Assembly (NCBI GenBank): GCA_964234715.1
Contig: OZ174284.1
Direction: 5' to 3' (one strand)
DNA from: Podarcis melisellensis
Lineage: Eukaryota
Length of the DNA stretch: 64,000 nt
This document shows, piece after piece, positions 1-13,436 of this stretch. A program made the position numbers and the translations under genes. The first letter of the stretch is position 1; each line of letters starts with the position of its first letter. Below the pieces are notes generated by a model. It searched no databases. It saw only the letters and a program-made list of their open reading frames with translations, and was not told the origin of the DNA.

Positions 1-222
1 AAAGTTGGTTTTTGAAAAGACTTTCAGGTTCAGTGGAAGTGAAATAACTTTTTTATCTAACAAATGTACAAATACTGGGCTAATAATATATATTTTTTTT
101 ACCAGAAGAATACTAGTGACATTAAGAAACAGTTGTATGGAGCTTTGAAAATAAACACTGGAGTCATGTTTCTGTAGACAAGTCACCCAGCAGTTAGCAC
201 CAGCACTCTTAATTTACAAGTA

Positions 223-348
223 CAGTGGTACTTTGGGTTAGAGACTCTTCAGGCCCCATTAGCTAAAGTGGTACCTCAGGTTAAGAACAGTTTCAGGTTA
301 AGAACGGACCTCCAGAACGAATCAAGTTCTTAACCCAAAGTACCACTG
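223..348. mobile_element. Tc1/mariner-type MITE family A, internally deleted
   Basis: TA-flanked; perfect 18-bp TIR cagtggtactttgggtta/taacccaaagtaccactg; interior matches 28886-29100. Confidence 0.9.
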
Positions 349-654
349 TATACTGTTGAAAACAAAGTCTTACCAAACCTGGATGTCAACTGTGGTGTAT
401 GTTCTTTAGCTGTGTAATTGTTAGAAGCTATGTGGCAGAATGCCTTTTAGAAGATTGTTGTGGGCTCCCCAGATTATAGATAATTTTTAGTATGGTGGTT
501 TGTGCTTGTGGGAATTAGTCCCGTTATGTTTGATAGTTTTCAGGGTTATAAAATACCACAGCAAGTTATGATAAATTTTATTTTATTTAGGGACTGACTG
601 TGGTCTTGTGTCTGTTTTATTTTAACTTTTGGATATCATTACAGAAAACCTTCC

Positions 655-658
<4 letters not shown>

Positions 659-712
<54 letters not shown>
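659..712. repeat. (CT)n microsatellite
   Basis: About 27 perfect units. Confidence 0.98.
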
Positions 713-714
<2 letters not shown>

Positions 715-854
715 TCTTCCCCTTTTCTCTCTTTAGCAGCTGAAGTTTAAAAAGGTATATTCAGCCAGCTAAGTGGTCCATTCCATTTTGTTAAGGGTTT
801 TGTCACCCTAGCCTCCCTGTAGCATTCTTAGTTGGCTGTCATGTAGTTTTCGAG

Positions 855-990
855 CAGGGCTGGTTAACTTGTGGTCCTTCAGACGCTGTTTGACTCCAGC
901 TCCCATCAGCACCAGCCAGCATAACCAGTGGCCAGGAATGATGGGAGTTGGAGTCCAATAACATCTTAAGGGCTGTAGGTTAGGTACCAT
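855..990. mobile_element. Degenerate palindromic hAT-like MITE
   Basis: gactccagctcccatca...tgatgggagttggagtc inverted core, related to 59728-59871. Confidence 0.65.
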
Positions 991-1905
991 ATATATCCAA
1001 AAGAGATATATATCTACAACTCAGAATAAGTTCTATCATTTTGAACCTCTTAGGTTGCAATCATACACACACTTACTTGGGAGCGCAAGTCCCACTGAAC
1101 ACACTGGGCTTACTTCTGAGTAGATATAAGATTACATTGTAAGTGGTCAAGCAAAAATAAGTGTTAGGGATACTCTTTATAATATGCAGTTAAAATTGCG
1201 TTTACAGCAAGGAACGTTTAAACATTTATAGAGCTTAAACAACAAATAAACTTCCTACCAAAATTATTTTAATGCACACACTATTGATTTCAGTGGGACT
1301 TAAAAGGATGCTTAGGGTTGCAAGCCTATGGAGAAATAATAATCAGCCTACATTTGTAGGAACATTTTGGAATATAAAGTGAATTTTAGGCAGAATTATA
1401 GACTGCAGCAGTTTAATTTTGGAGCTGCAAAGTTTGCTAAGTTTGTGAAGACAAAAGCTGCTCGCTATTGTTCACAATAAATTTAGTCAAAGGTCAGATC
1501 ATTGCTATTAGAATAATTGATTATTTTAAAGTTACCAGTCTGACTTGCCTTTAGTTTCTTCAACTGAATCATATCAACATTGCTTCATTTATGCTGGGTA
1601 TAAATAATCAGTTGGGTGCCCATGGAAATGAATGGAAGTTGTCTAATATTGCAATGCGGCAGCTGGGCAACTACCATTCATTGTTACTGGGGCTATGTAA
1701 GATGTTCCAAATGGACATCTTAGTAAATAAACATTTAGTAAACTTTCATAGCAAAAATCATAGTAAAACCTGCATGCTGGTTGAACTCAAAACAAATGAT
1801 CTGTGTCTGATATTTGTGTTTTATGTTCACATATGAGTTGGTTTGTTATCTATTTTTAGAAAGTCAAAACTTGGTAGGAATGCTTGCAAGGAAGTATATA
1901 CTGTA

Positions 1906-2131
1906 CAGTGGTACCTCAGGTTAAGTACTTAATTCGTTCTGGAGGTCCGTTTTGAACCTGAAACTGTTCTTAACCTGAAGCACCACTTTAGCTAATGGGG
2001 CCTCCTGCTGCTGCCGCGCCGCCAGAGCACAATTTCTGTCCTCATCTTGAAGCAAAGTTCTTAACCTGAAGCACTATTTCTGGGTTGGCGGAGTCTGTAA
2101 GCTGAAGCGTATGTAACCTGAGGTACCACTG
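1906..2131. mobile_element. Tc1/mariner-type MITE family A
   Basis: TA|cagtggtacctcaggtta...taacctgaggtaccactg|TA; internal taacctgaa repeats. Confidence 0.93.
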
Positions 2132-3567
2132 TATTACCAATCCTATTCTAGAGATCTGTGTGCGCATTTGGATGTAAAAGTTGCCTCATTCATTCATTCC
2201 AGTGGAGGGAACAGACCCACTTTTATGGAAGATGGTTTACACAGGTGTACCTCCTGCATTGGAATGAATGGGGAAACTCCATATATGAACAGCATGGTTG
2301 TATTGCAACTTCTACACTTGTAAGAATTCCCTGGTGTTGTGTCTAAGGTTAAGGTTTACAACTCCGTGTGATGCTAGCATGCCATGCCATGCTGATCCTT
2401 CAGAGCATTTGGAATTATTGCAAAATATCTCTTCTTTAAACAAAAGCAAAAAGCTTCGGTTTTGAGGATGTCAACTCTTGGAAATCGCCGTTGTGAGGCA
2501 TGCTTGTTCATTTTTTGGAAAAAAGCTTCCATATGGTTTTATTTCCATCTTTCAAAGCAGTGCTTGTTCACTGCTGAAGAGCATTTTACCCCTAAAAGAT
2601 GGTTCTATATGCAGTGAAAAGTGGCTGGAATTTCTGTTGAAGAATGGGTGGCCTCTTTTTCAAAGGGAGCTAATTGAAATGTATTATGCCTACAACATGC
2701 CAGATAAACGTGCAAGGCTAGAATTCACAGAGGAGACCTAAGAAGGCACTCATGATTAATTGATCAGGTGTTCTCTTGCAAACTCTTGCACATCATAATT
2801 AAAAATGTATTACACAACTGACAGGGAATTTTTTTTTAAAAAAAGAAATGCACATAAGGAGGTAGATTGCCTTGTTATATTTCAACGACAAATACCTTTA
2901 CATCTTTGTCCTGGGATGTTGATTGCTGTGTGCATTTAAAATTTCTTGGTGCATGGCTTGGTTAAAAAAAACACCACATTGCAAGACTTGTGTCTGGACT
3001 TTGAAAACTGGCCTAAAGGCATTAAAAATCCCCAAATTGAGCTTGTTAGGAGATTAGCAGTGTGGAACTTGACAATGCATACAAAATGCTGCAGGAACAG
3101 TTGAGCAGTGTCTTTCATGCCCGCTGAACAAATCTCAAGAGTGTAGGCAGGTAAAAGCAGTCATGTAAAATCCATAACTAAATGAATTCATAATCTAATA
3201 AAATTTGTAAAGTTTGAATCCATGCAGAAATTATGGTGAGAGATAACAAATCCAAAGATGAGAAGTACATTCACTGTGTTCATATATATATATTTAGAGC
3301 TGTGCCCCTCCACCCAAACAAATTCTGACGTTATTACTTGAAAACCTATTCTCTAAACATTTGGAAATGGGTAGCTTATGTTCTATAAAGGCACCCCGTA
3401 GACATATTTCTGAAAGGATATAAATATCACAGTTCCTGCTCTGCATGTAGGTTTTTTTGTTGTTCATGTTCTGGGCTTGAGCTTGATAAAAACACAGAGA
3501 TAATTAACACCTACCTAAGAGGTTAGAGGTGATGCCAGATCAAGTTCATCCTAGTTTTAAAAGTATA

Positions 3568-3662
3568 CCGTATTTTTTGCTCTATAAGACACACCAGACC
3601 ACAAGACGCACCTAGTTTTTGGAGGAGGAAAACAAGAAAAAAAATATTCTGAATCTCAGAAG
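3568..3662. mobile_element. Tc2-like (CCGTA-ended) MITE, one end only
   Basis: TA|ccgtattttttgctctataagac...; reverse complement of the right end of 25175-25433. Confidence 0.85.
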
Positions 3663-4323
3663 AGGCTGCAGGATCACTCGCCGAGGACTTGGACCAGGTC
3701 CCTAGCTTTGAGCTTGATACGGGTGAATAGGGGCTCCCTGAACTTGACAGGCAGGAGGCAACTGAAATGCATACTATAGCATCAGGACTTAATAGAAACA
3801 CAGCCAAGACCCTCAGGTTGCACACAGGGTGGGAGACCATGTAGTGAAGGAAAAGCACCTGCCTTCAGCTATGCCTTTAAGAGTCTGCAGTTCCTAACAA
3901 ATGTGTCCTTTTATAGAAGAACTGGAATGAAGGCAGTGATTCAACATGTCTTATCGAGCCCTTGTTGCAGCAAGCTGATGATTTTGAGCTCTGCTTTGTT
4001 GTACCCCATTGATTCCTCTTTAGGAATATAGTCTGCTCAGCGCGATTCTGAAACGCAAAGTCATGTCACAATCACATTGATTGTAGCACATCGGTTGTAG
4101 CAAAAGGACATCGTCAGTGGATCTAAAATAATTGGTGCATAAATGCATTTCATGCTGTGTAGATGTGAGCAAAGCAGTGTGCAAAATTATACCATGTTTC
4201 TGGGAACTGCAGGTGGTGAGGGTGGTGTTGTGTTCAGCACCAGGCATTCTATAGACATCTGATTGCAGCATTCAAAATTCTCCAGGTGCCAGGAGCATTC
4301 TGCCCCTGGCTATTGGCCACTTA

Positions 4324-4678
4324 GGGACACATGTGGCGCTGTGGGTTAAACCACAGAGCCTAGGACTTGCCAATCAGAAGGTCGGCGGTTCGAATTCCCG
4401 TGACGGGGTGAGCTCCTGTTGCTCGGTCCCTGCTCCTGCCAATCTAGCAGTTCGGAAGCACGTCAAAGTGCAAGTAGGTAAATAGGTACCGCTCCGGTGG
4501 GAAGGTAAACGCCGCTTCCGTGTGCTGCTCTGGTTCGCCAGAAGCGGCTTCGTCATGCTGGCCACATGACCTGGAAGCTGTATGCCGGCTCCCTCGGCCA
4601 GTAAAGCGAGATGAGCTCCGCAACCCCAGAGTCGGTCACGACTGGACCTAATGGTCAGGGGTCCCTTTACCTTTACCT
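4324..4678 (+). mobile_element. Sauria SINE, full length (subtype A)
   Basis: tRNA-like head (tggcgctgtgg A box, ggttcgaattcc B box), (ACCTTT)n tail, TSD tattggccac at 4311/4679. Confidence 0.93.
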
Positions 4679-7414
4679 TATTGGCCACCTGCCATCTCCA
4701 CCATCTGGAGGTGCGTACCTGGGGATCCTTGGCTCTTGACTGCTTTCATACAGCAGCAACACACCCTGTAGAATTCTATCTGTTATATTTTATCTGCACA
4801 ATGAGAATGAATTGCAGGAACCAAAAAATCGTTTTGAAAAATAGAACTTTAGAGCTGTCTGGTCCCCAAATGGCAACATTCTGTTTTGGTGATTGTAACA
4901 CCTAGCTTACCGTATATATATTTCAGTTTCTAATACTGTCTGATTGCCCACTGCAAGAACAGGGTGCTGGACTAGAAGGGCAATTGATCTGACCCATATA
5001 TGTTCCTATGTTATTATAATCAACCATGTGTCCTAGTGCAAGTCAGCTTCTGTGATCATGTGACTTTGGGTGTTATTCCTGATTGTAATTGAATGATAGC
5101 AGGCATTTTCCTCAGGCTCACCTCAGAGGTTACTCAGGCTAGATCTTTTTCCAAATTATTTTATGAACTGCTTACAAAGATGTAAATCAGAGTCTGCTGT
5201 TTTGTTTCCAAAACAAAGCAAAACACTTTTAAACCTTGTATCTAATAAGCATTATTTCCTTTTCTCCTGTTTATAGGAAAATGTATTAAACGTTGATTTA
5301 AATCATGCCTCATCATGTTTGGTCACATGCTGTGATGCAACACAACCAGAAGCAAGTCGCCTTAAACTTGATCAAGGTGTGAATAGAATTAGGCAGCAGA
5401 TTGAATTGGTTAAGCAGCCAAAGATCATGGGCATAACTTGTGATGACTTAATGCACAGTAATGGTAGAACTTAGCAAGGGGACCGTAACCTTATGATCGG
5501 GACTGTGGAACCTCAGTCCTGGGGGCAGAATGTGGCCCTTGAAGCGTCTTTTATCCAGCTCCCAGAGCTTTCCCCAGGCCACACTCCCTACTGATTCTGC
5601 TTTGCAGCCTCCTGGATGCTTTGCAGCATGCTTGAACTCTTAATAATGCCTCTTGCTTATATAGATAAAGAGGAGAGAAGGGTATGTGAGTTTATGTGGA
5701 AACTAGCCTAGTGAACGAAGAGGGGAAATTACATTTGTTTCTTTGCCCCCATTTGCCTCTGAACCTGCCCATAATTGGCATGTGGCCTTGGAAAGCTGCC
5801 CAGAAGGGATCGTGTCCCTTTAGCTGATCCGGATAATGATAAATGGAGCAGTGGAGGAATCAGTTTAGATGTTGAGAGTGGCTTTGGGAATACGACTGAA
5901 GAAGTGTGGCTAGCCTAATGCTAGAACTTGCCAAATTGAACTGTTGGCACTTCTGGTAATATCTAGAGGAGGTTTTCTGTAGGCTGCAGGTATGGATTTA
6001 AGTTCCTCTGTAAAGGCTACAAGAATACAGAGGCAAACATGGTGGAACTCTTTGCTCAGACGTGCTATGGCTACCTGAACTTTCACTGAGAGGGCTCCAT
6101 CTCTCTGATTTAATGAGCTGCTACTCTCAAGTTCAGTTGGAAGATGGATTCCAAATAAGATGTTGGCTGTGCAGCTGATTCTTGGCTATGCAGGACTCTC
6201 TTTGTGATTGGCTGATTCTTGGTCTTTGCAGAGAGACCTGCTCTGTACTCTGAAGCCCCGATAATCAGCTGATAGTTGGTGCTTCGAAGCACCTTGCCTC
6301 CAAATCCATTTCTGGCCCAGATTCAGCTTCACCTGATGTCCGTATATGATATTGGCTGTATGGTAGGTGGGCTTGGCCCAAGTGACACCACAGGTTGGAG
6401 GTTCCCTCTCTGTTCCACAGTCAGTGACTGCCCTTTAGTCAGGGCTACTGCATTGCTTTCTAGGTGACCAGTCAACTCTCTTCACTCTGTTTGCCATTGG
6501 TCAATTTTGAGTTAAGGAAATCCACTCCTTGTTACATAAGGCAGTTGTGCTTTATTTGGTTTATTTGGCTATAACTTTTGATAGAATAAAGATAACTCAG
6601 CACAGTTTGTTGCATTGTAGTTTGCATTAAATTATCCTTCTAATGATATATACTTTTATGCTATTATTATAAAAAAGACTGATGTGATGAGCCCTCAAAC
6701 CTCAGAAATACAACTTTAAGGTTTCCACAATTTTAGCTATTAGTGTATCTAAGAAGGTTTAGCAGGATCTTTTCCCTTAGAACATTTGAGCACAACAAAA
6801 TCTGGAGCATTGAGGAAGACCTAGCTCCGTTAATGTTCCTAGTAACTTCACTTGTGTCATCCATTACAGAAGACCCTCATATTACTGGTGTAAAGTTTTT
6901 GCCCCTCTAAGGAAAAGAAAAGTAACATGAGAACCCCCAAGACCTCTTGTAAGTCATGGCTGGTTTAAAATAACCCTCCTCGTTATCTTTGAGGTATTGT
7001 CGTATTCTGTTCTGTCTGGAATTGTCCCACATTCTAGACACAACATGAATTGACACCAAAAAAGTACATAAAATAAACGTTGGCTGACTTATTTTTTCCT
7101 CTAGAATACAAATCTGTGGTGGGTTTTTTCTTTATCTCTTTCTTGAGTAAAATAAAATTATATGTGAGGAATGTTGACTGTACCACATTAAGTGACTGGA
7201 CGTTAACAGCTTTAATCTTTAAGAAATACTCCTTTCCAAATAAAATATTTTTTGACTCAAAGGTCATCTGGTCCAATGGCCTGTATTGCAGGAATTTTAA
7301 TATTGTGTTTTAATGTTGTAACAGACCCTGGGACCTTAGGGTGAAGGGCAGGCAAATAAAAATTATTATTTTGTTTTCAACACAATTTATAATTGGGAAT
7401 GAGTCTTCCAGTAT

Positions 7415-7415
7415 T

Positions 7416-7463
<48 letters not shown>

Positions 7464-7465
7464 TC
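7415..7465. repeat. (TTTC)n microsatellite
   Basis: Direct reading. Confidence 0.97.
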
Positions 7466-7591
7466 ACAATCCCAATAGTGTTTTACTTAGGAGTAAGTCA
7501 CACTTAGTTTAAGGTGGCTTAGTTTCAGTTAAACATGCCTTTCTGGCCACAGTCACACCCATAATGACTTGGGAATAAATTGCATTTATAT

Positions 7592-7939
7592 GGGACGCAG
7601 GTGGCGCTGTGGGTTAAACCACAGAGTCCAGGGCTTGCCGATCAGAAGGTTGGCGGTTCGAATCCCCATGATGGGGTGAGCTCCCGTTGCTTGGTCCCTG
7701 CTCCTGCCCACCTAGCAGTTCAAAAGCACATCAAAGTGCAAGTAGATAAATAGGTACCACTCCGGTGGGAAGGTAAACAGTGTTTCCGTGCGCTGCTCTG
7801 GTTCTCCAGAAGCGGCTTAGTCCTGCTGGCCACATGACCCGGAAGCTGTACACCTGCTCTCTCGGCCAATAAAGCGAGATGAGCACCACAACCCCATAGT
7901 CGGTCACAACTGGACCTAATGGTCAGGGGTCCCTTTACC
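7592..7939 (+). mobile_element. Sauria SINE, full length (subtype A)
   Basis: Near-identical to the 4324 copy; TSD taaattgcattta at 7576/7940. Confidence 0.93.
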
Positions 7940-10900
7940 TAAATTGCATTTAACCCAGTGGAACTTACTTTCAAATAACTATCCACAGAATTCGGATTTC
8001 CTTTCAGAGTGGGGATATCATTACTTTCTGTTGGTTTATCACATCATTCCATATCAAAAAGGCAAGACCTGGAATGTTTCAGTGTTTTCTTCCTCTCTCT
8101 GAGAAATGTCTGATGTGAAAAATACATCTTTGGGGATGCGTAAAAAGAGTGTTCCACTGAAACAATATTCATTGGCAGGAAAGCACATAATCTCCATTAG
8201 GACTATCTGAGCAGAAAAGTAGGAAGATCTAGTTCCTCATTATGTATATAATTGACTTTTAAATCATGTAACTACACGAAAATGAGCAAAGTATCATCTA
8301 TTAAATGATTAGCTGGTGGTAAATATCCAAATATCTCTTTCAATCTCTGTATTTTTTGGGGGGGGGAGAATGCAGTGAAGCATCACCCTTCTCAGAAAGT
8401 GCCATTGTATGTTCTATCTGTTTTGTGATATGCCATTATGTGATTATCTTGACATTAGGTAATACAAGTGATCTGTGCTTTGGTAACTTCCGTTCAGATT
8501 ACTACAATGCTCTCAAAGGCAATGAATGTACTGCAGGAAAGCTTTAGGAAGAGAGTATCAGCCTGGGGTTTCTTGGACACTCATGCTCGCCTGCATTTCT
8601 GATTGTAATTTCTAACCCCTTTTTTCAAATGCAAAATCGGGTTTTGCAGCTAATTGGGGAGTTAGTCACAACTTATCCTTAATTAAGAGGGACATATTGT
8701 TTGCTTGTTTGCTTTCTTTCTTGCTTGCTTACTCTGAAAGCCTAAGCTCTCCCAGGAATTTACCTATTTATTTATTTAATTTGCATATCACCCTTCATCC
8801 ACAGATCTCTAAAGCATCACACTACACCCCAAACAACAAATATGCTTACTTTTCATAAACAGATCTCCTTAAATACCTCCAAGGGGCAGGCATGACTGTG
8901 TAAGAAACCCAAGCATGGGCAGCAATTAGTATTTTTCTTTGGGGGGTGTGGTGTGACCAATAATGCTGTGTGTGAATTGAGAGAAGCTCCCCACCATCTC
9001 TTAACAGTGGCGCTGTGGATGCTGGGGCTCATTGGCCATAAATGGTTGTATCACTCTACTTTGGGTCTACGTCACTTTGGCACATGTTCACTGATAAGTC
9101 TGTTCCATCCCATTTCCGCAATTCAAAAAGCAATGAAAAAAGTTCAGTTAACCAAGAAGAGAGTCAGAATATTTGAGAAGTCTGAAGGCCAGTAGATCAC
9201 TTAAGTTGCAGTCTGGAAAAGTTGCCCAGCAGGTCACTTCATATTAATTTGTTCAAGCAACCCTACTGAAGGAAAAGTGTTTCCCAACTTGCTTATTTAT
9301 CAAGATAATAATCAACAATAGCTTGCAAGGGAATTCTGAGAGGAGTGTGTGTGAGAGAGATGTCAGGTGAATGAAGCACAAGCCATGATAACTATACATT
9401 GGAGGCATCTCCTGATACACTCCTCTACATATTATGTTGTATTTCTGCTGGAAACTGAGGTGTGTAATCATCAGAGTGTTTGCAAGATCATTCTTTACGA
9501 TGCATCTGCTTAAGACATTGGTTGCAAGCTACACATGTGCCTGTTGATGACTTTTCTGGCATCTGCAGACTCCTGATGACTTCCTTCCCCACTGAAATAA
9601 AGCTTGAAAGAAGCCTTCTGCTGTATCCCGTTGAAGGGATTTTCAAGCCTAATTGCAGCAGAGCAGAGCGTTTTGGTGGGGAAGGGAGGCTTAGCTCTCC
9701 CCTTGCCAGCGGTGATGCTTCCACAAACACCAACAAAAGCCTAATTGCCCTGCGGGAGGGGTGGAGGCAGTGTGCACCAGATTATGGTGCATGTACATGG
9801 CTGGCGTACACAGATAGTGACCGCCATAGTTCCTCTAGTTTGCAAATGTTCCCCTGAGTTCCAGGACACTGGTGACTCTTGGTTTAAGATGACCAAAGAC
9901 TATTTGGCAGACTAAAATGCTTTTAAGGGATTAGATGGGAAGTTCAAGTTCCCCTAGAGGGATGGCTGCAGTATTTGTGGCAATCTCCACTAGAATTTGG
10001 TTGTAACCAAAGCACAGATAAGTTCTCTTGTGTAGGCAGCCAGGGCTTCTTTAATGCGTTATCCCAAGAAAGTTTCATCTTACACTCACCGCTTTAAAGA
10101 TTAAAGAGGAAGTTGTCTTTTTAACAAGTTTGAAGTGATAACTTTGCCCTACAATAGTGTGGATTTTCTATTTTCACACGTTTCTCCTTGATGATATGGT
10201 GGAGATATTTGGCTACATTTATTTGCTTTGAGGGTAGCAGGGACCAACGGCAGTATTTTCCCAGCTTTGCGTGGAATTCCCTTTACATGGCATAGTCATG
10301 TACAGAGATTTGCCAATAAGTAAACTGATACATTAAGATGATAGATTCCCGAAGGAAAAACGAAAACACATGCATACACTATTAATTACAGGGCATAGGC
10401 ACTACTGGGATTAGATGGGATTTCTTAAAGCCTAAAATGGTGAGATGTATGATAAAGCCGTGTTAATCACAGCTGTAAAGGGAGTAAAAGGAAATTTCTA
10501 AATCTCCCAGTTCTGGAGGAAATCTTGAAAACGTAACTGCAGAATATCTCAGAAAGACTCAGAAGCCAAAAGAGAAACAAGATTAAATCCTATGGATGGA
10601 ATTCAACCTTGCACTAAGGAATTTGTTCCATCAGCGCAAGTATTTATACTTGCTATACAGAACAATTTCCCCTCTTACATGTTGTTCTGTGGGGTTTTCC
10701 TCACCCAAAGCAGACGTGGGGAAGGGTATGCAGGGGGAGGAGGGGTGGGGGAAAATCCTGTTGTGCTGGTTTCCACTGGTACAACTACTAAGTTGAAAGT
10801 GGCTCAATGTCCTGTTTTACCTTAGAAAAATCTTAAGTATTTTTTTAAAACCTAGCCAGTTTTTTATTCTGAAATTTATCGTTTTGATTTATTAACTCCG

Positions 10901-11873
10901 GATTGTATCAAATGAAGGCACCTTTTAGTTAGGGAACCTCTTAAAGCCCTGCTGGGATGGGGAATGGCATTCCTTCCTGGAACACATTCCAGTGGCAAAA
11001 GTGGCTAGAAGAAGACATGTAAATCTTACTACTTCGTCTTCTTTTACATTACGCCAATTCTTACACACTCTATCCAGACAGGCAAGAGGCATTATCAGAT
11101 TTTTATCTAATTTTAATTTTATTTTGTTTATGCGGTTTATATACTGCTGAACTACAGTTGTCGCTAAGTGGTGAGACATTCAGGGACACATTCCCGCCAG
11201 GAAAAAACATTTGGAAGCAGGGCCAGTGAGGGATGTGGTCTGTTGAGAAGGGTGTGTGCCTTGGAGAGTCGCAGCAGGCATATGGAGAGACATGGAAGGC
11301 TGCATTTGTCCCTCAGGGTTGAGGTTCCCCTGAACTGTATCATGGTCAGCAGTAGAGCAATTGTTTTCAATGGGTCTCCTGCAAGTTTGCTGGCTCCTGG
11401 GGGCCAATACACTGTGGGTCCCCCATTTTTTTAATGTTCAGAGGGTTCCCCGTGCGACATCAGGATGTTGCAGGGCATCACACGTGGGGGCCTCAATCCT
11501 CTGGACAAGATGGTGCCTCTGGTCTCCTGTGAGTATGAGCTACTCAGATTCAACCTTCTTTTTCAACATGGATGCAAGCTATTGAAAGTTGTAACCTAAC
11601 TTTGCCCATTCTTTTCCCGATTGCTCATATTTAAGGAGGTGTACACTATCTTAAGCAGTAATGATTTTTATAACCCTAAGCACAACATCTGAAAATAACA
11701 CTCTGTTTCATCTATTTATTTCTCAGGTGTACTTAGTCAAGCCAATACTCCTCAGCCTTGTCTTGCTCACCGTCTTTCAGCCCCTTCCCCCATTATCTTC
11801 ATACTGGAAAGTTAATATTAGGTTTACAGGAATGCTGTATGCTCTATTATGTTAATGTAAGGAAAGTTATATA

Positions 11874-12229
11874 CAGTGGTGCCCCGCAAGACGAACGCCT
11901 CGCAAGACGAAAAACCCGCTAGACGAAAGGGTTTTCCGTTTTGGAGGCGCTTCGCAAAACGAATTCCCCTATGTGGTTGCTTCGCAAGACGAAAAAAATC
12001 TTGCATCCCCCCGCGGGTTTTTTTCGCTTTTTTCGCCCTTTTCTTAAGCCGCTAAGCCGCTTATCAGCTGTTCCGCAGATAAGCCGCTTAACAGCTGATC
12101 GCTGGAAGCCGCTTGACAGCTGTAGCGCTAATCCGCTAAGCTGTCAATGGGCTTGCTTCGCAAGACGAGAAAACCGCTATACGAAGAGCCTCACGGAACG
12201 GATTAATTTCGTCTTGCGAGGCACCACTG
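11874..12229. mobile_element. Tc1/mariner (pogo/Tigger-like) MITE family B, CpG-rich
   Basis: TA-flanked; 22-bp TIR cagtggtgccccgcaagacgaa / ttcgtcttgcgaggcaccactg (1 mismatch); repeated cgcaagacga motifs. Confidence 0.92.
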
Positions 12230-12253
12230 TACATATTACATGCTTTGTATATA

Positions 12254-12474
12254 CAATGGTACCTTGGTTGTCGAATGTAATCCATTCCGGAAGACAGTTT
12301 GACTTCTGAAACGTTTGACAACCGAGGCTCAAAGGGCAGTCGGCTCAGTTAATGGAGGGGAAAAAATTGACTTCTGAGGTGCGTCCGAAAACAGAAGCAA
12401 TTACTTCCGGGTTTTCGGCATTCGGATTCTGAACCTTTCAGCTTCCGAGGCGCTTGAAAACCGAGGTACCGCTG
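12254..12474. mobile_element. Tc1/mariner-type MITE family C
   Basis: TA|caatggtaccttggtt...aaccgaggtaccgctg|TA. Confidence 0.85.
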
Positions 12475-13410
12475 TATATTGTATTTTAACTCTAGCTATA
12501 TAAAAATTCAGCTACTTCTTGCACACACTCAGTTGGAAGAGGCAGCCAGTGATGTCGGTTAGGCTTGCGTATGAACAATCACACATAGGATAGGTGAGTG
12601 TTTTTAGCGAGCCATATTAATTTATAGCTGCTTTGCATGCAGTTAGGAAAATGGTTTATGCACATAACTGCCAAAGGATCTGTGAAGGCGCAGGGGAGAT
12701 AAAATGTCTGTTTACACGTAAGATGACACATTTTTAAATTAAAGAATTAGTCAAAAAGAACTGCCACACTTGCTTTTATTAACTCGGTCTCTGATGTCAA
12801 TTAGAATGACTGCTCAGTCCAGATATATGTATCGAAAGGGTGAGGAGGCAGATGGAAGATGTAATAATTTAATTAATAAGGATTCTCTCTGTTTTTGAGT
12901 GTCCACTCCAATTTCCCTGGGAAGTCAGCATTCAAGTCAGGGACAGATCCTATGCTTCCTGACTCCCCAAGCCCCAGGCTTTTGTGTTAGCTGCCATTAC
13001 TAACATTTTTAGTTTGTTTTGGCCTGCAAAACAAAGGCAAGTTCTTTAAAGAGATATGTCCAAAGGATAGTCTTTGTCAAGAATGTTGATTTGCTTTTCC
13101 ATACATTCTTATCAATAGTCTAGACACAAGGAGAACACAGTGAATAGTCTATCATTTTTAAAGAAGCAGTTTCCTTCCTTAAACAAAGAGGTTCTCAGTC
13201 TCTTTTAGGAAAGGATGGGAGCAGCATTTCTCTATAGGGGAGAGAGATAACAAAGTGATTTTTCTTTGTGCCTCTCATCTAATAAATAGATAAATAAAAT
13301 GAATGCTGTTGTGGGAAGTATGCACTGACTATATATTTTAAAAAAACCCAACCTACCAGAATTGCCTAACAATATCATATAACGTAATTACAAATACTTT
13401 TGAACTTATC

Positions 13411-13436
13411 TTGCGTGTGTTTTTTTTTTTTTACAG
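13411..13436 (+). promoter_or_regulatory. 3' splice site of intron 2 (polypyrimidine tract + CAG)
   Basis: ttgcgtgtgtttttttttttttacag directly before the exon. Confidence 0.93.

Larger units (their letters stand above)
1..13436 (+). other. HMGA2: HMGA2 intron 2 (3' part)
   Basis: Upstream of exon 3; no exon 2 peptide (EPSPKRPRGRPKGSKNK) seen by eye. Confidence 0.85.

Noticed and set aside
4374-4688. Recurrent ~100-aa minus-strand ORFs (also 24239, 40773, 45156, 56005) resembling a gene family
   Set aside because: All are antisense readings of the Sauria SINE
5252-5380. Acceptor-like site ttttctcctgtttatag at 5276 as an extra exon
   Set aside because: No good donor follows and no HMGA-like peptide is encoded
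7592-7612. CTCF-like motif gcaggtggcgct in the SINE head
   Set aside because: Lacks the 5' CC of the core and varies among copies; it coincides with the Pol III A box
11874-12229. CRISPR-like or iteron-like spaced repeats
   Set aside because: Irregular short repeats inside a TIR-bounded eukaryotic MITE, probably transposase-binding sites
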